Assembly (NCBI GenBank): GCA_951406725.2
Contig: OX597822.1
Location: 15,066,001-15,130,000, forward strand
Length of the DNA stretch: 64,000 bases
Direction: 5' to 3'
DNA from: Octopus vulgaris
Lineage: Eukaryota
Program-made: the position numbers and the translations under genes
Shown: in pieces, positions 53,807 through 64,000 of the stretch
Layout of the letters: every line of letters starts with the position of its first letter
How positions within the stretch are numbered: the first letter of the stretch is position 1
The notes under the pieces: generated by a model
The model's database searches: none
Seen by the model: the letters and a program-made list of their open reading frames with translations, nothing else
What the model was told of the DNA's origin: nothing

Positions 53807-54016
53807 CTGTGTTTGTCCCCCTAGCATTGCTTGACAACCGATGCTGGTGTGTTTACGTCCCCGTCACTTAGCGGTTCGGCAAAAGAGACCGATAGAATAA
53901 GTACTGGGCTTAAAAAGAATAAGTCCCGGGGTCGATTTGCTCAACTAAAGGTGGTGCTCCAGCATGGCCGCAGTTAAATGACTGAAACAAGTAAAAGAGT
54001 AAAAGAGTAAAGAGTA
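53591..54016 (+). mobile_element. SINE family A, complete copy
   Basis: A/B-box-like head, CORE-like GGCATCTTGGGCAAGTG, internal (TA)n(TG)n and (AAAAGAGT)n tail. Confidence 0.92.
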
Positions 54017-54482
54017 GAGGAGTAAATGTAAGGACAAGCAAATTAGGCAATATTAAATACATTTAATGCAGAATATTACATATGTATACATATAAAAAAA
54101 AGTCCGACAAACCGAATAGAAATGACATCAGGAATCAAGGGGGTGAGTAAGAGTTTTCCGAGTCCAGCCGCTGTTTCTGTGGGCTTGGTGGTCGAAAATA
54201 ATGATGATTGTAACTTGACTCCATCATCGGATAACAACAGCCTCTGTTTTCAGGGAAGAATTTTATATTTGTGGTGTTGACAGGATAGAGTTTAAAGATG
54301 GAGTCTTTATATGCAAACATGTCCATTTTTTAAATCAAATATATTTAATAACATTTTTCGTATATATTGACTGGCCTAACTTGCTTATCTTTACATATAT
54401 TCTTCGACCTGCTCAAGTTCAAATCTCTTGAGCACTACGAAGAGTATTCTATACAGAGAATACGTCTCTAATCTATAAACTC

Positions 54483-54518
<36 letters not shown>

Positions 54519-54599
54519 TATATATAGCCCCGAAAGTCGACCACGGTGCAATTTGAACTGATGACGTAAAGATGGACGAAATAAATAAACAGGCAGAGA

Positions 54600-54628
54600 C
54601 ACACATACACACACATGCATAAGTATAT

Positions 54629-54668
<40 letters not shown>

Positions 54669-54747
54669 GTGTGTGTATGTATGTATGTATGAATGTATGT
54701 ATGTATGTATGTATGTATGTATGTATGTATGTATGTATGTATGTATG

Positions 54748-54799
<52 letters not shown>

Positions 54800-54834
54800 C
54801 ATATATATGTATGTATATATATATATACATATAT

Positions 54835-54890
<56 letters not shown>
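54600..54890. repeat. Compound (CA)n/(TATG)n/(TA)n microsatellite
   Basis: Direct inspection. Confidence 0.95.
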
Positions 54891-54892
<2 letters not shown>

Positions 54893-54895
54893 TCT

Positions 54896-55094
54896 AATCT
54901 AGGCACAAGGCCTGAAATTTTTAGGAAGGCCTCAGTTGATTATATCGACCCCAGTACGCAACTGGTTCTTAATTTCTCGATCCCGAAACGATGAAAGGCA
55001 AAGTCGACCTTCGCGGAATTTGGACTCAGAACTTGAAGACAGACGAAATACCGTTAAACCCGGTGTGCTAACGTTTCTGCAAGCTCACCGCCTT
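54896..55094 (-). mobile_element. SINE family B
   Basis: Similarity to 1-158 and 21468-21701. Confidence 0.85.
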
Positions 55095-58000
55095 ATTTTA
55101 TATTGTTTATTGAAATGACATCAGGAATGTCGGTGAAGGGACAGTTGATTATATCAACTCTTGTACTTAAAGACCATTTTGTTTTATTATTTCCTGAAAG
55201 GTGATTGTCAAAATGAACTTGAGCAGGATGCCGAAACAAATTTTGCAAAACATCTTTTCTGGGCCAATAATGATTCTAACAATCTACGATATAATTGTCG
55301 AGAATAAAATATGGAAACGATTATTCTCATTTCTAATTATAAACTTCTTTTAACTGTTGGTGGCAGATAGGAGCTGGCTGAGGGTTTGGAATAATGATAC
55401 TGCATTAAATGTCCTTGTTATCCCCAACAAAACATTATCTGTACGGAAACAATATTCCCGAGAAAAACAATTAAATGAATTATAAACTGAAATATAACTG
55501 AAGATAGTTCTCTGTTATTATACAGCTTAGTTGTAAATGAATTAATAGAAATATCAGTGAAAAGAAATAAAAGATACTCTAAAGTAATTTGTCACCGGGA
55601 GGTACTATATCATGTGTAGAATATATTTTAATGCTGAGATATTTGAAGTGATATATACCTGACAGATTTTAATTAAAAAGAAAACATAACTAAATTAGGC
55701 CACGGGCAGGAATTTCAATAAATATGTTAGGGCGAAAATGGGAATGTACTGGATGACGCACATAAAATGTTCAATTAATTGAAAATTCCTTCTAAGCTGA
55801 AAAGAAAAAGAAATAGAACTGGTGGTAATTGTTGAAGATTCTCAATAAAGAAGGAAGATAATTTGGAGAAATTGAGAATTAATTTACAAAATTTCATTTA
55901 CCTATTTATAGAAAAAATTAACCTACGTGAGGGGGCAATTTATATGCATATGTGCAACGCTGCTTCCTAAATAATATCAGGTTTTGCCTTCTGCAAAAAA
56001 ATAATTTCCTGAAATTAAATCGTAATTGTTTGAAATCACATCATTTTTTTCGAGAGACATTTATAAATGCCACAAGATTTTTTGTCTTCTTTCTCTGCAT
56101 ATTAATTACGAATATCTTATATTTTAAATTAATTATGAATCTCTTATATATTTCGTTCCGTACACCACTAATGTAACTTATTTTATAGATCATTTTCACG
56201 CGAGGACACTTGAATGAACGCCTTTTTGATAGATTCTAATAGTTGTTATTTACAAATTTCCCTGAATAGACCAGCGTTTTTATGGAAGATAAATATTGAT
56301 ATTCACAACTGACCCAAGATAAATTTAAGTATATTTCTATATGGAGAGTTAATGCAGTAAGCAGATATGCTTTCTTGTAGCAAAACGCACTATTCCGACA
56401 AACTAATTCTCTAGAATAATGTTACATCGATGTAGAGGAAAAAGGCTAAATTCGCGTCGATTAGAATACATCAAATCCCTTTGTTCATTATAGCTGGGTT
56501 AGGTGTGGTATATGGCAAAGTAACAGACCGGGCTAAATAGATCAGACAGAAATTTGTATTTACCCATATCCTCAACGCTACTGCATATATTTCTATAGTT
56601 TATAAGACTACATCTATAAGAGATATTATCTGAGAAGGAATATCGCAGTTAATTAGACTAGATGTGCAGCAGAAGACTGCTAAATAACCCATGTTTATTC
56701 TTTTATAAGCTTTGCAATACTAAGAAGAGAAAACGAAAACAATGAGGCGCACAAAACTTTCCTATCAAGTTAGATCTTATATGATATTTCATATTTATCG
56801 AAAGTAAAAATAGAAAGACGTGTTTAATGCCCGCCTTTTTTCCGTGACTTAAATCTTTTTCAGAGATTTAACAAAATACATAACGAAACATTGCAATAAA
56901 GTGTATAATAGTGTATAAATAATAGTGTATAAATATGAAACAAATGTTTTTAGCACAGAGAGCAGAATAAAATTGCGAAGTATTTGAAACTACAATGAGA
57001 CGCATGGCACAAATATTGTATTTCGAAAATGGGTTTTATGTTGCGTGGGGTAAATGCGAATCTTTTGTAGTTTTCATTTTCCAGAAGGTATTAGTTTACT
57101 TAAATGATCTTAAATAGCTTCAAATGGCTACATATCTCCATGTATCACGTATATGGCATGACAGGAAGTTTGCTTCTAATCAATACCTTCACAAAGCAAT
57201 CATAACTAATTTTATGGATGATTTAATTGTATGTCACCTACGCAGCGAGCATAAAATATCTATGCTCAGTAAGAGCAGAGCTCTTAATGGATTTGTTAAC
57301 ATAAATATCAACTTGAATAAAATCATCTCCAGTTCATACATCGACTAATAATCAGATTATTTCCAAATGAATTCTTTCTATTAAGAGTTTTAAGTAAAGG
57401 TCTCTTGCAATCGTATCTATTCAGTTGCCATTATGACCTCTCGATTATAAATCTATGTAAGGTAACAACTATCAATATTAACAGATTGCACGGTATCTAC
57501 GAAGTAACGCCGTTCTCATGATCTTAGGCATTGATCATAATACAAATGATTTAATACGTGTACAATACGAGCTGTCACTTTACAAAAGAATGAAGCGGAT
57601 AGAACAAATATACCTATGTGTTCAATTAGCGCATGGGTATGAATTTACAAATTTATTAAATTTATTAACACCTCAAATAATCTAATTGCTAAGACACGTC
57701 CGTAAGAAATGCTACAGATATGAAAAGTAAAAGTGAATTAATGATAAATTATTTATACTGATTGGTCCAAACGGCAGGTAATTTGCGGTGTGTCTAAATC
57801 AACAGATTCAAAATTACAAATATTCATTTAAGAAAGTTTATGGTTATTAGTGAAATATTCTCGGCGATATGGGGAAAGTTTAGGTTATATTTTTAGCAAC
57901 AGAGCTTACTGCAAAGGGTTACTATAAAGTTCCATTTGTTTTTGTGTTTTTTTTTAGAGTCACTATGCACGTTATTTTCCATCTTTTCTCCTCTAAATAC

Positions 58001-58246
58001 ACAAATTAGTTTAACATTATCGGATTCTATATTATCTCAGTAAAAATCCAATATGTTTAAATATTAATTGAATTTAGATTTTATTATGGTATTTCTTAAC
58101 ATATTAGCAATTCAATAAAGTCTCGTAAACAAAATAAACACACACACACACAACACACACATACAAACATTCATGTGCATTTATAAATATATGTGTGTGT
58201 GTGTGTGTGTGTTTGCATGTATGTATATGTATGTTGGTTTAACAAT

Positions 58247-58322
<76 letters not shown>

Positions 58323-58682
58323 GAAATTATACTCATACGTACACGTCTATATAAATATGTTATGGCGATAATGATGTAAATGAGCAAATAAACATTCGTG
58401 TGCTTGAAATATATAAGATACATAGATATGTGCCTGTGATTTATATATGGGAATAGACACACAGAGAGAAACAAAATTGAAAATATTCAGAAGATGAACA
58501 AGTACAAAGATGTTTATATATTTACAGAAGAGATTTAGATGGAGTACGAAAGACGCAGAAAAAATAAGGGGAAAGCGCATGGTATTCGGGATTCGACACC
58601 TCTTCTGAGGCCTTGGAATTTCATCATAGTTGTAATATTATCAGACTGCATATACATACAGACCCATACACAACACACACAT

Positions 58683-58812
<130 letters not shown>

Positions 58813-59080
58813 ACATATATACGACGGGCTTCGTCCAGTTTACATCTAAATCCACTGACAAAATTTGGATCTGCCCGACGCTAAAGAAGATACTTGCCCA
58901 AGTCGCCGCGCTTGTAGGATTGGAACCGGACTGAACATGTTGTTGGTAAACAGGCTACGCTTATATATATATGCGTGTGTGTGTAATACACATGCGTATA
59001 AGAAAGGATGACCACTAAGTGGACATCCAATATGCTAGAAATAGATCACCTATTCAATTTATCACCCTCGTTATTTACAT

Positions 59081-59112
<32 letters not shown>

Positions 59113-59119
59113 TGTATAT

Positions 59120-60056
59120 GAGATGAATCGCTGCAGTATTCCTGTCGTCGCGAAAGCTGCATACATGAGAAACGAGATTGCACGTATAAACAACAACTGC
59201 AGCAATGTGACCGACAAAGCCGTCTACACCGAACAGTTCCTCAGAGACCTAACAATGAATGGCTACCCACCATTTTTAGCTAAACAACGGCGCCTTAAGA
59301 ACATCAAGGTCAATAAACCCCGGAGGAACCAGCATACTTCCAAGTCTGGCACGTGCTTCCTAAATCCACTACCCTTTGACGACAGAACTATTGCAGCGAT
59401 ACAACACTCGACATACATATAGTGCACACCGGCCCTTCTCTGAGAAAAGTACTGTCCAAGAAAAACACCTCTCTCTACACTGAGGAGTGCACATTGTCGA
59501 ACTGCCCCATCAATGAGCCTTAATTGTGCCAGAGGATCTATGTCGTAATTGAGATCGTCTGTGGCAAATGCAGCGCATCCTACATCGGAAGCACGACAAA
59601 AAAAAAAAACCTGCATGTACGCATTAAGGAACTCATGCATGGAGACACTTACGTAAAGAAGCATCTACGGAAATTCCAGACCCGGGAGTTCACAGTGCAC
59701 ATCAAGGCAACGCAGCGGAACAGGGGCAACATTAGAATCTCTGAGGCTATCTTCATACACCAAAAGAAACCCAAGATCAATAATAAAAGAGAGTTACAGG
59801 CAGCTAGCTGATTGCCATAGCAAGACCCTTCTGCGCATGTCCACTCCAAACACGCTTAAACATACGCACATCGGCAACATTCGTCTGTTTCTTGAAAAGG
59901 GGTCATAACTCCGAAATATTGAATACATGGTAAGTGTACATTACTTTACATATTTGTTTACTTGTGATTTACCTTGCATTTACTTTACATTGTTTTGGCC
60001 TTTCCCACGACCTTTTATACAATATATTCTACATAATGTTTCACAGTAATTATTCC

Positions 60057-60058
<2 letters not shown>
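59120..60058 (+). mobile_element. 5'-truncated Penelope-like element (GIY-YIG) with HHR-like 3' motif, between (TA)n tracts
   Basis: NGYPP and CQRIYVVIEIVCGKCSASYIGSTT...LHVRIKE...ISEAIFIHQKKPKINNKRE. An HHR-like motif lies at 59889-59923. Confidence 0.88.
59889..59923 (+). ncRNA. Minimal hammerhead-like motif with variant core
   Basis: UUC-UUGAAAA-GGGG-UCAUAA-CUCC-GAAAUAUU-GAA, with palindromic AAUAUU. Confidence 0.5.
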
Positions 60059-60109
<51 letters not shown>

Positions 60110-60265
60110 TACATATGCGGGAAATTTTGTCTGTGGGTGTGTTTGTGTAGTTATTAGCTAACTCCTCCTACATCATTTTGTTGATTTTGATGAAACTTCA
60201 CACGTGAGAATAACTCGTGTCTGGAAACCTCATGGCATACTCAGGATCCATATATATATAATAAA

Positions 60266-60485
60266 TGCGCCCTTTTAAAGCCTGGCCAAGCTCATGGGCC
60301 CGGTTTACCGGTTTCTATGGCGTATGTGTTCCCCAGCTGGACGGGACGCCAGTCCATCGCAGCGTTACTCATTTTGCCAGCTGAGTGGACTGGAGCAACG
60401 TGAAATGAAGTGTTCTGCTCAAGAACACAACGCGTCGCCCGGTCCAAGAATCGAAACCACAATCTTATGATCATGATGCTGACAC
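60266..60485 (-). mobile_element. tRNA-derived SINE family D
   Basis: Minus strand has the B-box-like GGTTTCGATTC, then TGTGTTCTTGAGCAGAACACTT and CTGCGATGGACTGGCGTCCCGTCCAG. Confidence 0.7.
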
Positions 60486-60731
60486 ACACGTGTATATAAT
60501 ACTTTTGATATATATTTAAAATAATATAAATTAATTAATTTAATGTATTGGCTTATGTTTTTCATTGTTTGATTTGCCTAATAGTGGTTTTATCTCTAAT
60601 TTAATATAACATAATATAATATAATATATTTATACTATAAAATTGGATCTAATCCTAAATCTGATTTTTCCCTGTAAGTTTGGATTTATTCCCTAATATT
60701 CTATTATATATATACATATATATACACACAA

Positions 60732-60769
<38 letters not shown>

Positions 60770-60796
60770 GTGTGTGTGTGTGTATGTATGTATATA

Positions 60797-61105
60797 CAGG
60801 AGTGGCTTAGTTGTAAGTAGCCTGCTTACCAACCACATTGTTCCTGGTTCAGTCCCACTGCGTGGCACCTTGGGTAAGTGTCTTCTACTGTAGCCTGGGC
60901 TACAGTACTAGACACTTGTGTGCCTGTGTTTGTCCTTCCACGATCGCTTGACAACCGATGCTGGTTTGTTTGCGTTCCCGTAGCTTAGCGCTTCTGAAAA
61001 AGAGACCGATAGAATAAGTACTTGGCTTAAAAAAGTTCTGGGGTCGATGTGTTCGACGAAAAGTGGTGCTCCAGCATGGCCACATTCAAAGGACTGAAAA
61101 AAACA
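60797..61105 (+). mobile_element. SINE family A with internal deletion
   Basis: Head and tail similar to 53591-54016. Confidence 0.85.
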
Positions 61106-61201
61106 ATAAGAAATAACGATATGTAGTGAGAATTTACCAAAAAACCCCCAAAAGACGGGCACGAAGATAGACAGAAAGGGATTGTGAATAAGCAGATGCA
61201 C

Positions 61202-61204
61202 GAG

Positions 61205-61270
<66 letters not shown>
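61202..61270. repeat. (GA)n microsatellite
   Basis: Direct inspection. Confidence 0.95.
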
Positions 61271-61273
<3 letters not shown>

Positions 61274-63534
61274 AAGGAGTGGGGATAAGAGTAGGAAAGA
61301 TTGAATGAGGAATCAGAATAAAAAATCAAAAATTAAAATTTTAAAAATACAAAATAAAGAGGGATAAGATACCAATATTTTTCTACGTGAATGTCGGTTC
61401 GGGTTGAGAGGTCAGGCGCTAAGGTTTTGGTAAATTGAATTGTAGGTTAAGTGTAGTCAGAGATAATATTTAGTTCAGCGGAAAATTGGGATAGCTAAAA
61501 ATAGATGCCTAGCTTAAAGGGGCATATATAGGATAAAGAATACGTATTAATGAATTAAAAATTAAAATTAAGCCCTCGAATTTAAATTAAGAAATCAAAA
61601 AATTAAAAATTAAAGGATTAAAGTTTGCTAGCATCTAAGTTACAAAACGTACGTACGTTGTAACTAAAGTAAAGGCATATTGGCAGGTGTTATGTATTTG
61701 TGTATGTTGATCTATACCTTCACGGAAGTATGGACCAACCTCCATACCCTCTGGAAAAAGACGAACTGTGAACTGCCATTCTCCTGTCTATATTCTTCTC
61801 TCTACTTTTATTCTTATATTTTATTCCTTATAAACTGTGAATATCCCTGTCTAGGACTTTCATACATACTCACCTTGTCTCTGATGACGGAATACCCAGT
61901 GTATCCACATGTTAGCCTATCATTTGGTAGTGTGTGCGTATACAGGTTGTTTCGATAGAATGTATACACACTTTGAATACCTATAAAAGCAATAGTTATT
62001 AGTATACGCAATTAAAAAAAAAAAGTAATATGATCTATGGTAATTACTGAAGCGCATTTAAACACTCAAAAAATGTTTGTACAAGTTAAATAATTTATAT
62101 CGAGCAGAATACTTTTTAAATTTAGTTCTTTTAACGAATTTGCTATCGTTTCTTTTCAAATTGATATCCATTCTGATCCAGACATTGTTGACAACGGGAA
62201 GTAATGGAATTAATAACAGCAAGGAACATTTCATTAGGTATTTGTGTGCATTCTTGTTCAATGGCATCTCTCATTTCAGCAAACTTATTAATGATTCTAG
62301 AGATGCTTACGCGCATGGGTGGACCTGACTCAAATAATAACTATATAAATCAGTAATGTAGAAATTGAATATAGCTTCTGAATGAATTTATAACTGGAAT
62401 ATAAGTTTAAATTAGTTGTGCGTTATATGAAGGCAAAAAGCAAAGAGGAAAACATAAAGAAGAAAAAAATGCTTATTGATAGAATCAGAAATGAAACATA
62501 TTCAAAGATTAGTCATTGTGTTTTACTGCTTTGGATTTATTCTAAACGTTGTCGATTTGTCCATTGTTTTCTACATTTAAATTGTGTAAACAATATCAGA
62601 GCTATTTCAGTTAGGAAACGTTATTTTGTCTTCTAAATGTATTAGTATTTTGCAGTATTTAATAGAACAATAGTAAGTTAATGGAAACGTGTTTCTATGG
62701 AAAATTTTAATTGAAGACAGAGTATAAAAAAAAGTTGTATATATACATACATGTGTGTATGTGTGTGTTTGTGTGCGTGTGTGTAAGTGTGCTGCATTTA
62801 TTGTTAATGTTTGTTTTTATGTTCAATTACAAAACAATTTTACTTGAATCTGAAAAGTTACTCTCTTACTTTTGTAGAGTACGAATTTATTATTCTTAAG
62901 CAAGAATATCATTGACAGTGACTTCGAAGTTTCAACAAGTTGGGCCATCATCGCATGCAATTTCAGTTGAAAGAAACGTTTCGGTGAAATGTTCATATCA
63001 GTCACTGGGTTTCGGTTTTTATTCCCACTGTGTGTATTATAACGCGCAAATTTGATATACTTGCATCTAATAATTGTCTGTTTATCTATCTTTCATACAA
63101 ATGTGTGTGTCTGCATACATGTATGTATGATTTGTGTGTGTGTGCGTGCGTGAGCCTCTGTGTGCGTGTGTGCGTGGAGAGAGAGAGAGAGAGAGAGAGA
63201 GAGCACTAAAATATGTATAATTACGACAAAAATTAATTATGGAAAGTAACACAGAATTGTGGGTGTCAAGGACTTGAACATCCTAAATTGTTTCCCTAAT
63301 TCACGATAAAGAATTAAATGGAGACTATTTAATCATAATATTCTAACTATGTCCTCATTTATCTCTACATATAACCAGAATTATCATTCATATGGTACAT
63401 AGACTATTTACGATAAAGTGGGAGATAATACATGACAAAAAATTCCGAATTTGAAATACTGTGACCCAGCTTAATGTCACACAAAGCAACAAAGTGAACT
63501 GACTTTTGAAGTAGGAAATATTGGTTTCATATAT

Positions 63535-63714
63535 TGGTACAAGGCTAGGGATTTCGGGGGATGAGATAAGTCGATTACACTGACCCCCAGTTTTCAAATG
63601 GTACTTATTTTATCAACCCTGAAACGATGAATGTCAATGTCTACCTCGGCGTAAATTGAAAGTAAATGCAGCTAAGCCGTTTTTTCCGGTAACAACTCTG
63701 CCAGCTCACCTCCT
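63535..63714 (-). mobile_element. SINE family B, diverged
   Basis: Similarity to the other family B copies (AAGTCGATTACACTGACCCCCAG...CTGCCAGCTCACC). Confidence 0.75.
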
Positions 63715-64000
63715 AAGATAAAACCTTTCAGCGCCACTTTTCATCATTACACAAGGTGATAAATTACAGAGAGGCAGTTAAAGAATAACTAACAAGTATA
63801 TTTCATATTCTATGCACTTGTAATAATTGTAAACTGTATAGGACAAGTTTCTGTTCAGGGTACATCATTCGCTCTTTAAGGCCATTGATCCGAAATATTG
63901 ACTTGAATCTGAATTTTTACGGGAGTGGGGTATGGTTGGAAAGAAGAAATTCTTATTTTATAGAACAGATCTGCCAAACAAAATTGTTTGCTGATTACTG

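Noticed and set aside
54135-54326. Protein-like 63-aa ORF (…PPSPQKQRLDSENSYSPP)
   Set aside because: No recognisable domain or supported splice structure, and it lies among repeats.
61878-61912. CUGAUGA followed by a small hairpin; similar half-motifs at ~31335-31375 (-), ~52840-52865 (-), ~53365-53385 and ~58570-58632 (-)
   Set aside because: Each lacks GAAA/stem III or the CUGA half. They are probably decayed HHR modules but too incomplete to call.

Overview
This is AT-rich, microsatellite-saturated eukaryotic DNA, intergenic or intronic. The SINE families and the (TA)n/(CA)n/(TATC)n/(TATG)n load suggest a coleoid cephalopod such as Octopus (inference). I can support no intact host gene, tRNA, rRNA or CRISPR array, and most ORFs in the track are translations of microsatellites. 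The window is mostly decayed transposons: three Penelope-like elements (PLEs; RT and/or GIY-YIG), a full-length but frameshifted mariner, other mariner/maT/hAT/pogo remnants, Tx1/L1, RTE and CR1 LINE fragments, a Helitron helicase fragment, a Helentron-type non-autonomous element and four tRNA-derived SINE families. The most interesting signal is not in the ORF track. About 11 minimal type-I hammerhead ribozyme (HHR)-like motifs occur, each with a CUGAnGA-like core, stem II, GAAA and a palindromic stem III. They sit at the 3' ends of all three coding PLEs and in short non-coding modules at microsatellites. Several modules are outward-facing inverted pairs or nested fold-backs, and one family shows stem II covariation and a non-canonical core (CUGUUGAA). 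This points to a ribozyme-bearing, PLE-mobilised, non-autonomous retroelement system. Coordinates were read by eye and may be off by a few bases.
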